Source: a virus
Taxonomy: Duplodnaviria; Caudoviricetes
DNA length: 35,133 bases
Direction: 5' to 3' (one strand)
IMG/VR virus record: IMGVR_UViG_3300027571_000834
Span: 1-35,133 of that record
A program made the translations under genes and the position numbers. Within the stretch, counting starts at the first letter, position 1, and the number at the start of each line of letters is the position of its first letter. Below, piece by piece: positions 1-8,722 of this stretch. A model generated the notes under the pieces. That model saw only the letters and a list, made by a program, of their open reading frames with translations. It did no database searches and was not told the origin of the DNA.

Positions 1-2
1 CA

Positions 3-263
3 GCAACACTGATTGATTTATTCTATTGGTTGTGCTTATACTTCTTTAAAGAGCTCAACGATATTCCTATGTCAACAACTTGGGTGTTCGTTGGTCTACT
101 TGCAGGACGTGAACTTGCAATGGCTACATACTATGGTAAGCAAAAGACCAAGAGTGTGTTTCCACTTGTAGCAAAGGACTTTGGAAAGATGATGGTAGGA
201 CTTGGTGCTTCAGTAGCATTGGTTCTTATGATACATTATATTATCGTACCAAACGGACTGTAA
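3..263 (+). CDS. C-terminal fragment of a membrane protein, PiT (phosphate/sulfate permease)-like; truncated by window start
   Basis: Frame is open from base 3 (ATLIDLFYWLCLYFF...). Hydrophobic helices. IPMSTTWVFVGLLAG resembles the PiT P-x-S-T-T signature. Confidence 0.5.
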   Translation, partial: ATLIDLFYWLCLYFFKELNDIPMSTTWVFVGLLAGRELAMATYYGKQKTKSVFPLVAKDFGKMMVGLGASVALVLMIHYIIVPNGL

Positions 264-276
264 TACAACAAAAAAT

Positions 277-301
277 AAAAAGACGTTTCGGCGTCTTTTT
301 T
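277..301 (+). terminator. Intrinsic terminator with UUCG loop
   Basis: AAAAAGACGT-TTCG-GCGTCTTTTTT. Confidence 0.85.
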
Positions 302-302
302 C

Positions 303-331
303 TTGACTTTTAAACCATTTACATATATACT
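303..331 (+). promoter_or_regulatory. sigma70-like promoter for prs
   Basis: TTGACT(303-308)-17 bp-TATACT(326-331). Confidence 0.75.
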
Positions 332-377
332 ATACAAACACTAAGAAATTAACCATCCATAGCGGAAAGGAAACAGT

Positions 378-1316
378 TTGAAGATGAAAATAATCGCAGG
401 GAATAGCAATAGGGTGTTAGCACAAGATATTGCAGAACACTGTTTTGCTGGACTAGTACCAGCAACAATATCAACATTTGCAGACGGAGAAACAAGTGTT
501 GAGTTTGAAGAAAACGTTAGAGGCGAAGATGTGTTTATTATACAAAGTACATCATCCCCTGTAAATGACAGTTTAATGGAACTGTTGATTATGATTGATG
601 CGGCAAGACGATCAAGTGCTAGTCGTATTACTGCTGTTATTCCTTACTTCGGTTATGCTAGACAAGATCGTAAGAGTGCAAGTCGTACTCCTATTACAGC
701 AAAGTTAGTTGCTAACTTATTAGTTACAGCAGGCGCAGATAGAATCCTTACAATGGATCTACACGCAGGACAGATACAAGGTTTCTTTGATATTCCAGTG
801 GACGATTTAACAAGCCGTAAAGTATTTGCCAAAGACATCAAATATAAAGTTAACACAGAAGAGCCGACAGTATTTGTATCACCAGATGCAGGTGGTGCTG
901 TTAGAGCTCGTAAGTTTGCAGACATGTTCCATGGAGACATTGCTATTGTAGACAAGCGTAGGCCTGAAGCAGGCAAGAGCGAAGTAATGGCACTGATTGG
1001 CGATGTTGAAGGCAAACATGCTATTCTAGTTGACGACATTGTTGACTCAGGCGGAACGCTATGTAGTGCGGCCAAAGCAATTATGGACGCAGGTGCATTG
1101 TCAGTTCGTGCTTATATTACACATGGTGTATTGTCAGGCGAAGCATGTAACAAGGTTGAAAAGAGTGTGTTAGAGGAGTTAGTAGTTACAGATAGTATCA
1201 ACGATCGTTGTCCTAAGAACTGTAAAAAGACACGACAGGTTAGTGTCGCGCCTTTGTTTGGTGAAGCAATACGTAGAGTGTCAAACGAAGAAAGCGTTAG
1301 TAGTTTATTTTCCTAA
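378..1316 (+). CDS. prs: Ribose-phosphate pyrophosphokinase (PRPP synthetase)
   Basis: [35 protein letters not shown] and [12 protein letters not shown] motifs. Start is TTG378 or ATG384. Confidence 0.97.
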   Translation: MKMKIIAGNSNRVLAQDIAEHCFAGLVPATISTFADGETSVEFEENVRGEDVFIIQSTSSPVNDSLMELLIMIDAARRSSASRITAVIPYFGYARQDRKSASRTPITAKLVANLLVTAGADRILTMDLHAGQIQGFFDIPVDDLTSRKVFAKDIKYKVNTEEPTVFVSPDAGGAVRARKFADMFHGDIAIVDKRRPEAGKSEVMALIGDVEGKHAILVDDIVDSGGTLCSAAKAIMDAGALSVRAYITHGVLSGEACNKVEKSVLEELVVTDSINDRCPKNCKKTRQVSVAPLFGEAIRRVSNEESVSSLFS

Positions 1317-2072
1317 CGCTGTTTCAATGTGTTTGATGTATTCATCAATACTGTGATCGCTAAATGAATCTACCTTACCAGCCTTAATACCCATCCATAG
1401 TCCACGCAACTTATCTTTGATTCGTTGCCATGAAGTTAAATTACGGACATTACCATAGGCGTTGATGTAGTGTTTAGTACCGTGGTGCTTATATCCCATA
1501 AACGTTGGAGGAACACTAGTAACAATATCATTATTGTTCTTCCATCTATTATGCTCGACACATATATTATCACAATAACCTTTCCAACCTACACGAGGAG
1601 AACCATAAGTGTATAATTGTACTGGGTCATTTAGTTCAATATTATGTTTGCAACGACTAGACATTATAGTTGCCATTGCCGCTCCTAAACTATGTCCACA
1701 AAACCAAAGTGTCTTGTTTAAGTTTGTTTTACGTAATACATCTTCTTCGACCATTGGCCAAAGTTCATCAACTTCTGCTTTGAAACCTCTGTGTACTCGA
1801 CTCATAGTTTCTGCAAGAACTGGTAGGGCTTTTAAATCTGCTTTGATGTCATTAAATTCTGTAGGTTGTGTTCCTCTACAAGCAATAACAAGATCTGTCT
1901 TGTTCATAAATCGATATGCTTGTGCTCCGTCTTTGTCATAAAACTCAATAGTTGTGAAACCTAATTCTTTTGCTTGCTTTTTAGCATCGTCTATGTTATT
2001 ATATGCTACTTGTGATAGTTTAGCGAATAATAATGATCTTTCTAAAAAACTTAATTTTTGTATACCTTTCAT
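1305..2072 (-). CDS. Class 3 lipase (alpha/beta hydrolase)
   Basis: IACRGT, VHRGF, GHSLG nucleophile elbow, [19 protein letters not shown]. Likely start ATG at 2072 behind GGAGG; ORF track starts at 2093. Confidence 0.9.
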   Translation of the reverse strand: MKGIQKLSFLERSLLFAKLSQVAYNNIDDAKKQAKELGFTTIEFYDKDGAQAYRFMNKTDLVIACRGTQPTEFNDIKADLKALPVLAETMSRVHRGFKAEVDELWPMVEEDVLRKTNLNKTLWFCGHSLGAAMATIMSSRCKHNIELNDPVQLYTYGSPRVGWKGYCDNICVEHNRWKNNNDIVTSVPPTFMGYKHHGTKHYINAYGNVRNLTSWQRIKDKLRGLWMGIKAGKVDSFSDHSIDEYIKHIETALGK

Positions 2073-2094
2073 TGTGCCCTCCATTATGTACATT

Positions 2095-2119
2095 TATTTA
2101 TTGTTATTGTAACTAAATA
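2095..2119. promoter_or_regulatory. Divergent pair of late-type TAAATA promoters
   Basis: TAAATA on the - strand at 2095-2100 (towards the lipase) and on the + strand at 2114-2119 (towards 2141). Confidence 0.65.
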
Positions 2120-2140
2120 CAAATATAGGAAAGTAAACTA

Positions 2141-2401
2141 ATGCGTAAAAAAACTAGAAGTATCCTGGATGAACTTAATAATATTGGTAGACCCAAGGAT
2201 AACGACTTGTTGATCGAAGCATCTGCAAGTAACATCATTGAAAGCTCTATTAACTTATTAAATATGATACATAGAACATATGATCAAGATAATGCATCCG
2301 AGTTGGAACGCAGATTTATTAACAGTATTAAATCAGGCGATCCTCGTAAGTTTAAAAGAAGCATAAACAGAATAATGGAGAGTAAGAAAAATGATTCTTA
2401 A
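2141..2401 (+). CDS. Hypothetical protein, 86 aa
   Basis: ORF with AGGA RBS after TAAATA; overlaps next gene. Confidence 0.75.
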   Translation: MRKKTRSILDELNNIGRPKDNDLLIEASASNIIESSINLLNMIHRTYDQDNASELERRFINSIKSGDPRKFKRSINRIMESKKNDS

Positions 2402-3215
2402 AGAAGGTGGCAACATATTTAAATCCGAGCAAGGACCTCTTACTCAGCGTATTGCAACCAAAGACGTACAAGCTTCAATAGACTTTATAGAAAAGATTAC
2501 AGGCTTAGTATACGATGAAGAAGATTGGTTAGGTACAACAGGTAAGAAAAACGATCCAGATGGAGAGTTTGAAAAGAATAGTTCCGGCGACTTAGACTTA
2601 AACACAGACGCAAGTAAAATTAGCAAAGAACAATTGATTGCTAAACTTACTAGTTGGTTAAAATCAAAAGGCATTGATGACGAAGCTATCATGAACAAAG
2701 GCCGCAAGAAGACAGACGGTTGGATTCATAATGCAGGCGATCAAGTTCATTTCCGTACACCTATTGCAGGCAACTCCAAGAATGGTTATGTGCAAACAGA
2801 CTTTATGTTTACTGACAACCCAGAGTTCCAACGTGGAGCAAAGCGAGGCGGCACCCCACAGTTTGGCGGAACAGACAGAGCTATATTGTTATCAAGTATT
2901 GCAAGAGGACGAGGCTTAAAATTTAGTCCTAAGTTCGGCTTAGTTGATCCTGCACAAGGCGATGAAGTAGTTGCTTCTAACTGGAATGATATTGCACCTA
3001 TGCTACTAGGCAAAGGAGCAAAAGAATCTGATACAATTACTGTAGAATCAATGCTTGCTTTTTTAAAGAAAGATCCAAACTACGAAGAGCTTATTGCTCC
3101 CTGGAAAGAAACAATGGAGAAGGCAGGTAAACAAGTACCTGAGTCAACATTTGAATCATTAGCCGACAAGCAAATAAATAGAATTGTTACATTAGCGAGC
3201 GTATTAGTAAAATGA
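2391..3215 (+). CDS. Putative DNA-polymerase-beta-superfamily nucleotidyltransferase
   Basis: LGTTG...SSGDLDL (hG[ST]-x(n)-DhDh) and a third acidic residue in VQTDFMF. Confidence 0.6.
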   Translation: MILKEGGNIFKSEQGPLTQRIATKDVQASIDFIEKITGLVYDEEDWLGTTGKKNDPDGEFEKNSSGDLDLNTDASKISKEQLIAKLTSWLKSKGIDDEAIMNKGRKKTDGWIHNAGDQVHFRTPIAGNSKNGYVQTDFMFTDNPEFQRGAKRGGTPQFGGTDRAILLSSIARGRGLKFSPKFGLVDPAQGDEVVASNWNDIAPMLLGKGAKESDTITVESMLAFLKKDPNYEELIAPWKETMEKAGKQVPESTFESLADKQINRIVTLASVLVK

Positions 3216-4297
3216 GATTTGGTGAATTCCGTATATTAACAGAAGCAAAAGTTGGCCGAGAGTATCAACACTTAGAGGACCTAGTGTTTGTTGATGGGTC
3301 ACAGGGTGCGAACAAAGCCGCAGACATACTAGACACCCTAGGAACAGATAGTTCAGACGTTGCCATTAAGTGGGACGGTAATCCAACTATCTATTGGGGA
3401 CGTGAAGACAATGGTGAGTTTGTTATGGTTGGTAAGAATGGCTGGGGAAGACAGCGTTCAACATCATCCGCTGACCTTTCTAAGTTTATCAAGAACAGTG
3501 GCAAAGGCGAACAATGGCGTGAGAAGTTTGGCAATGATATGGGACAGATATTTGACATACTAAAAGGCTCAACTCCACCAAGTACAAATCAATATGTATA
3601 CGGAGACTTATTATACCATCCAGGTAATCCATACACAATAACAGATGGTAAAATACAATTTACACCAAACAAAGTAACTTATACTGTAGACGTTAACAGC
3701 GATATAGGTAAACGTATAGCACAGTCTAAAGTAGGAGTTACAGTACACACAAGATATAATGCCTTTGGAGACAAAGACGGACAGCCAGTTAACCAAGTAG
3801 GTGAACTAAACAGTAAAGATGTTGTAGTACTAGGGCAAACTTATGTATCACATCAGCCAACTGTGAAGTCAGGCGAAACAGATAGTATACGTAAGCTGGT
3901 ACAAAAGAATGGAAAATTAATTGATTCGTTCCTTGCTCCAGTGAAAGGGTTAAGTGATATGAAGAACATAATTTATACCTATGTTAATCATATGACACGA
4001 ACAAAACAATTACAGAATATTGAAAAAGGATTCTTTGATTGGCTAGGCACTAGTAAGGTTAGTGCTAACAAGCAGGCAAAGATACAGGCAATGCATAACG
4101 AGTCGCCACAAGCACTTCTAGCTATATTTGGTTTGGTAAAACAAATTATGTTAGCAAAGGATGATATTATAGATCAACTAGACGATGCTGATGCAGACAT
4201 TAAAGCATCAACAGGCGACGAACGCGGCGGTGAAGGTTACGTTGCTCAAAAATCAAAGATTAAATTGGTTCCACGCTCTAGATGGCAACCGAACTAA
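3212..4297 (+). CDS. ATP-dependent ligase/capping-enzyme-fold protein (DUF6267-like)
   Basis: HLEDL; motif I KWDG; motif III YGDLLY; FTPN; motif IV GEGYV; motif V KIKLVPR. Confidence 0.65.
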   Translation: MRFGEFRILTEAKVGREYQHLEDLVFVDGSQGANKAADILDTLGTDSSDVAIKWDGNPTIYWGREDNGEFVMVGKNGWGRQRSTSSADLSKFIKNSGKGEQWREKFGNDMGQIFDILKGSTPPSTNQYVYGDLLYHPGNPYTITDGKIQFTPNKVTYTVDVNSDIGKRIAQSKVGVTVHTRYNAFGDKDGQPVNQVGELNSKDVVVLGQTYVSHQPTVKSGETDSIRKLVQKNGKLIDSFLAPVKGLSDMKNIIYTYVNHMTRTKQLQNIEKGFFDWLGTSKVSANKQAKIQAMHNESPQALLAIFGLVKQIMLAKDDIIDQLDDADADIKASTGDERGGEGYVAQKSKIKLVPRSRWQPN

Positions 4298-4312
4298 AAG
4301 GAAACTAATACA

Positions 4313-4720
4313 ATGAAAATGAATGAGATAGTAACAGAATCTAACTACGGTGATGATCCTAAGACAAAACACTTTGCAACAATGGGCCGCACACTAATGG
4401 ACCTAAGTGCAAAGATGAAGATAACAAAAACTACATCAGACGAAGAAATTGCAAAGTCAAATAGAATGTCTGCATTTGGTGATGCGCTAACACGCTTTGG
4501 CACAACGTGGGGACCACGTACCTTGCCTGAACTACTAAAAGATAGTGGTTGTTCAAAACAGGACGCAATGGAGTTTATTGAACTTGCTAAAAAGACTGGC
4601 CCAATTAAGCCGGTAGTTAAAGATCCAGAACCAGTAGATGAGCCAGAAGATGATTTTGACGCTGGTCCAAGTGATGACGAGATTGACGCAAAAGCAAGAG
4701 CAATGGCCCGAGGCAAGTAA
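4313..4720 (+). CDS. Hypothetical protein, putative head-internal protein
   Basis: AAGGA RBS; N-terminus MKMNEIVTE|S; acidic Pro-rich C-terminal tail. Confidence 0.7.
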   Translation: MKMNEIVTESNYGDDPKTKHFATMGRTLMDLSAKMKITKTTSDEEIAKSNRMSAFGDALTRFGTTWGPRTLPELLKDSGCSKQDAMEFIELAKKTGPIKPVVKDPEPVDEPEDDFDAGPSDDEIDAKARAMARGK

Positions 4721-5091
4721 TGGATTTTATCCGAGCATTAGAAAACGATCAAGATATATCTCCGGACAAAGAGTCTGTAGAGCTACTTGAGAAGTTAGAT
4801 GAACTACAGTTAGTATTCAACGATCTAGAAGAATTAGATGAAGGAGCATTTGACCGCATTGAACAGCGTGTTGAAGCAAGAGACTTACTTCTTTATAGAA
4901 TGATTGTAGGACAGAGTAATATGATGCTCACAAAGAAGTTTTTAGAACTAGCATTAAATGGCAAGTCGGTACCAAGTTCAATGGTCAAAGGGTACTTGCC
5001 AGCACTTAAAATGCTTGATGATATAGTTACAGCAGGGCCTGGATACGTTCAAATGCTACGCTTACTACATCAGAGAGCCAAAAAAGGCTGA
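4720..5091 (+). CDS. Hypothetical protein, putative head-internal protein
   Basis: TAATG coupling; acidic N-terminal region ending LEELDE|G. Confidence 0.7.
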   Translation: MDFIRALENDQDISPDKESVELLEKLDELQLVFNDLEELDEGAFDRIEQRVEARDLLLYRMIVGQSNMMLTKKFLELALNGKSVPSSMVKGYLPALKMLDDIVTAGPGYVQMLRLLHQRAKKG

Positions 5092-5107
5092 TAATAGCCC
5101 TTTTTTT
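5086..5107 (+). terminator. Weak intrinsic terminator
   Basis: GGCT-GATAAT-AGCC-C-TTTTTTT. Confidence 0.5.
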
Positions 5108-5117
5108 GTAAAAAGAC

Positions 5118-5123
5118 TAAATA
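5118..5123 (+). promoter_or_regulatory. Late-type promoter TAAATA
   Basis: GACTAAATA upstream of a structured leader and gene 5215. Confidence 0.65.
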
Positions 5124-5214
5124 ATAATAAGCACTTCGTAAAGAGCTTACGAATAGTGTCATTAGAGCCGAAGAGGTAACACTCTTCAATTTTATATTAA
5201 ACAGGAGAAATAAA

Positions 5215-5589
5215 ATGGCAACACAAGCAAAAGTAAATGGTTTAACAACCGCAGGTAGTTTTTATGGATATGATCCAATCATCCTTAAGATTACAGGAAC
5301 AAACGTAGCAACAGCAGATACAGCATCTGTAGACGGCGTAGCAGCTTTTACACAAGGTAACCTTTCAAAAGCAATTAGTGCAATTCAAACACAAATGAGC
5401 GTTGTACACGTTGGCGAAAGAGCTAACAACATTGTATGTGTAATGGTTGACTCAGCAACAGCAAACGCATATGTTTCAGCTAACACTGACACAGACGTAG
5501 CAGCAGCTGTTAAAGCATTAGTAGATACAGCAACAGGTGTAACATCAACTGTAGCAGCTATCACACTAACAGCAGGCGACTTAGCATAA
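5215..5589 (+). CDS. Ala/Thr/Val-rich putative virion structural protein
   Basis: Strong AGGAG RBS; monocistronic between late promoter and terminator; N-terminus similar to 19167 protein. Confidence 0.6.
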   Translation: MATQAKVNGLTTAGSFYGYDPIILKITGTNVATADTASVDGVAAFTQGNLSKAISAIQTQMSVVHVGERANNIVCVMVDSATANAYVSANTDTDVAAAVKALVDTATGVTSTVAAITLTAGDLA

Positions 5590-5640
5590 GAATTCCTAGC
5601 TACCTTTAGGAACCGTGATGTTATAAAGGCGTCACATCAA

Positions 5641-5670
5641 AAGGCTCACTTTTTAAGTGGGCCTTTTTTT
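5641..5670 (+). terminator. Intrinsic terminator
   Basis: AAGGCTCACTT-TTT-AAGTGGGCCTT then a T run. Confidence 0.85.
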
Positions 5671-5688
5671 ATGGCTATAAGTAATAGT

Positions 5689-6069
5689 ATGAGATTTACA
5701 TTAAAGACACTTGTCGACATTACACCTACACATGCACGTAGAACAGAAGATAGGTATATGTATAAACAACACCAAAACTATATGACTATGTTTAATACGT
5801 TAGGCCTAAGAAGCAATCCTGTATCTGTTGTAGTAACAAGTAATGAAGAAGACACTAAAGAATTTGGAAAGAAGTATACTGGCAAGCATACTGTATGGAC
5901 TGTAGAATTTGAAATAGAGCGTGAGGGTGGCGTTGATTTAGAACTGTTAAAACAAGATTATGACTTGGTACCTTTTATTAACGAGTTAGGCGAAACTGTC
6001 ACATTCAATAAACATGTATTTCAAACAACCGATTCACAATATAACAACATTGTTTTTGCAAAAGTATGA
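5689..6069 (+). CDS. Hypothetical phage protein
   Basis: Probable start ATG5689 (MRFTLKTLVDIT), 5 nt after TAAGTA; ORF track starts at 5671. Confidence 0.7.
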   Translation: MRFTLKTLVDITPTHARRTEDRYMYKQHQNYMTMFNTLGLRSNPVSVVVTSNEEDTKEFGKKYTGKHTVWTVEFEIEREGGVDLELLKQDYDLVPFINELGETVTFNKHVFQTTDSQYNNIVFAKV

Positions 6070-6168
6070 TAAATAAAAGTATACAAGGCACTGAAGGCAA
6101 TCTTATTTTAAGGCGAACTACGAGTTTACTTAACAAAACTCTTGAGCAGAGTTAATGGAGAAATAGAG

Positions 6169-6405
6169 ATGGCTAAAGCCACCAGTTTAGAAAAAGAAAA
6201 TTTAGAAGCACATGTTGATTTATGTCAAGAAAGATATAAACAACTTGAAGGCCGCTTAGGCAAAATCGAAGAAAAAGTAGAAGACATTCACAGAGATATC
6301 ACAGAGGGTCAAACATCATTGACTAAAGTGCTTATCGGAACAGCTGGCACAATCGTTGCTGGTTTATTATCAACAATAATCGTTATATTATTAAACGTTA
6401 ATTAA
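6169..6405 (+). CDS. Small coiled-coil protein with C-terminal TM helix (XhlA/holin-like architecture)
   Basis: GGAG RBS before ATG6169; heptad LEGRLGKIEEKVEDI; hydrophobic tail; TAAATA at 6070-6075. Confidence 0.6.
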   Translation: MAKATSLEKENLEAHVDLCQERYKQLEGRLGKIEEKVEDIHRDITEGQTSLTKVLIGTAGTIVAGLLSTIIVILLNVN

Positions 6406-6421
6406 TCAACTAAATAACTAT

Positions 6422-6727
6422 ATGTTATTAAGAGAGATTACCTTACCGCTAGAAGAACTAGACGAAGCTAAGATGGCATGGGCTAAACGTGGCAACAAGG
6501 TTGTTCGTAAGTTTAGATGTGCTGGCGGCACACGGCATGGACGTATTGTGTCTAACATTGCACAATGCTTTGCAAGACCTGACATAAAGAAACGTTTGAA
6601 ACTTAAGGTTACAAAAGCAAGACTAGGTGCCAAGATGTCACGTAAAGCACGTAAGACTAAACGCACTAATTCAGCAAGCCGTAGAGTTGCTCAACTTAAT
6701 AAGGCAGGTAAGGCAAAGAGAATCTAA
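6422..6727 (+). CDS. Highly basic protein with acidic propeptide-like N-terminus (paralog A)
   Basis: MLLREITLPLEELDE|A then a K/R-rich body; RKFRC..G.R.GRIV; ends KAKRI. Confidence 0.8.
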   Translation: MLLREITLPLEELDEAKMAWAKRGNKVVRKFRCAGGTRHGRIVSNIAQCFARPDIKKRLKLKVTKARLGAKMSRKARKTKRTNSASRRVAQLNKAGKAKRI

Positions 6728-7050
6728 TGTACTTACGAGAGTTAACATCAATAAGTATAGACGAAGGTGCAACATCCATTTATGGACGTAAAGGCAACCA
6801 GAGTACTCGTAAATACAGATGTAGTAGTGGTCCACGTAAAGGACGTATTGTTGCTAAGATGTCAACATGTACAGCACCAAAGAATATTAAGAAGGCAACT
6901 ACACTTAAAAAAGTAAAAAGAGCAGGCGCCAAGCGCCAGGCTGTTAAAACAGCAAGAACTAAAAGAGCAAATCCTGCTTCACGTAGGTTACCTAAGGTAA
7001 ACATAAGCATGAGGACTAACCGTAAAAAGTCTAAGGCAAAAAGGATATAA
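6727..7050 (+). CDS. Highly basic protein with acidic propeptide-like N-terminus (paralog B)
   Basis: MYLRELTSISIDE|G; RKYRC..G.R.GRIV; ends KAKRI. Confidence 0.8.
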   Translation: MYLRELTSISIDEGATSIYGRKGNQSTRKYRCSSGPRKGRIVAKMSTCTAPKNIKKATTLKKVKRAGAKRQAVKTARTKRANPASRRLPKVNISMRTNRKKSKAKRI

Positions 7051-7051
7051 T

Positions 7052-7309
7052 ATGAAAATTAATGAAATAACAGAAATGCAAGGAATGAAACCTTCTATTA
7101 TAAAAAACCTTAAGCCAGGACAGTCGGCAGAAGTTGATCACGGAGACGGCACAAAAACAATGATCGACCTAAAGAAGAATCCTACTGCATTACAAAAAGA
7201 TCCAAAGACCAAAAAGGTCACAATGACAAAGAAACAACAACCTGGCGAAAAACCTAATCCGGCTATGCAAGCCAAAAGAGGTGACAAGGTAGTTGTTGCA
7301 CCACAATGA
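7052..7309 (+). CDS. Hypothetical basic protein, putative head-internal protein
   Basis: MKINEITE N-terminus; tightly packed in operon. Confidence 0.7.
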   Translation: MKINEITEMQGMKPSIIKNLKPGQSAEVDHGDGTKTMIDLKKNPTALQKDPKTKKVTMTKKQQPGEKPNPAMQAKRGDKVVVAPQ

Positions 7310-7518
7310 AACTGAACGAGTTAATTCAGAGCTTTAGTATAGCTCTATCAAACGAGGAAGCAGAGGTATTGAATAAAGTAAAACCTGTGCAACCCCTACA
7401 AGGCTTTTCTCCTAGAGAACAAGTCATAATTGAGAACTTGATAAGGAAAAGTCTTGTAAGTAAAGTACTTCGGGACAACATAGTAATGGTGGTGCAAAAT
7501 GATTTCGGACTTAGCTAG
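7306..7518 (+). CDS. Hypothetical protein, 70 aa
   Basis: ATGA overlap; MKLNELI N-terminus. Confidence 0.7.
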   Translation: MKLNELIQSFSIALSNEEAEVLNKVKPVQPLQGFSPREQVIIENLIRKSLVSKVLRDNIVMVVQNDFGLS

Positions 7519-7927
7519 TCAATTAGAAAATTTAATTAACAACAAGTTAAAAGAATACCCTCTACCGGTAGTAAAAGGTAATTCCATACGTATCAAGAAC
7601 TATGTAGTTAGATACAGTAAGAAAGCTGGCGCTTGGTTAGTATATGATGTAGCAGAAAATATACAAGCAGGTAAGTTCTTTGCTAAGACTAGTGCTATTG
7701 CTTTTGCTAAGGTACACGCAAGTGATCAAACAGGAAGTTTAGTTAGAACTGTAGAAAAGTTAGATGATATATTAAGTAAGCATTATCAAGATTGTGTTTT
7801 TTACAATCACGGAATGAAACGAACAAAGGACGGATCTAAATACGAAGTATTAGAAACTAGATTCGATATAAGTTACTCATTAGCACAAGATGCCAAGAAT
7901 CAACTGGATGAACTAATCCTGTGTTAA
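7499..7927 (+). CDS. Hypothetical protein, 142 aa
   Basis: GGTG RBS; overlaps previous gene. Confidence 0.7.
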   Translation: MISDLASQLENLINNKLKEYPLPVVKGNSIRIKNYVVRYSKKAGAWLVYDVAENIQAGKFFAKTSAIAFAKVHASDQTGSLVRTVEKLDDILSKHYQDCVFYNHGMKRTKDGSKYEVLETRFDISYSLAQDAKNQLDELILC

Positions 7928-7972
7928 ATGATAAATAAATGTACAAAGAACAACATTTAGGAAAGTTGAACA

Positions 7973-8722
7973 ATGAATATAAGAGAAATTTCAAAACCAA
8001 TTACAGCAAAGAGCTTGAACGAAAGCCTAGCTAAGAAGTTTGGCCAGCGTCTAAACTTAGAAGAATTTACACTTGGACAGTTACAAGATGCCCAAAACAA
8101 ATTAAGAACAACACTTAGTCAAGTTGAAACAAAGGAAAGTTTTAACTCAACTCAAAATCCAGCGTATCAAAAGTCAAAACTTTTCCTAGATGTACTTAAT
8201 GCTGAGATTGGCGAAAGAGCTGACATTGACGAACCAATGCTTGAAGCAACTATTACTGAAGGCGAAGAAGACAAAGCTGAATTAGTAATGGCAGCCAAAG
8301 ACATGGTTGACAGAGTTACTGGTTGGATGGAAGACACAGCAGAAATGCAAACTGAATCAATGCTTGAACTAGCAGATGCTATTAGAGACGAGATGGGTAG
8401 TGAGCAAGCTGAGTCATTTACTAATACTATTAAGCCTGCATTAGAGCAACTATATGCTGAAATGGAAGGCACAAGAGCAGCACTAACAAGTGGTGTTGGT
8501 ATGCTAACTGGTGAAGGCGACATGCAACAGCCAATGGGCGACGATGACATGGGCGACTTAGGCGACATGGAACCTACTGATGAGTTAGAGCCAGGTATTG
8601 ATGAGCCTTTAGATGACATGGGCGATGACTTTGGTGCAGACGATGCGGCTGCTGGCGGCGAAGAAGAAGCTGGCAGAGAAAAGCGTGAGTCAGTAGAGCG
8701 TTCAAAAAAAAAGCTAAAATAG
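7973..8722 (+). CDS. Acidic helical protein, prohead core/scaffold-like; possible -1 frameshift extension to 9027
   Basis: TAAATA at 7932-7937; AGGA RBS; many (L/I)xE sites; D/E/G/M-rich tail; A9 run at 8704-8712. Confidence 0.65.
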   Translation: MNIREISKPITAKSLNESLAKKFGQRLNLEEFTLGQLQDAQNKLRTTLSQVETKESFNSTQNPAYQKSKLFLDVLNAEIGERADIDEPMLEATITEGEEDKAELVMAAKDMVDRVTGWMEDTAEMQTESMLELADAIRDEMGSEQAESFTNTIKPALEQLYAEMEGTRAALTSGVGMLTGEGDMQQPMGDDDMGDLGDMEPTDELEPGIDEPLDDMGDDFGADDAAAGGEEEAGREKRESVERSKKKLK

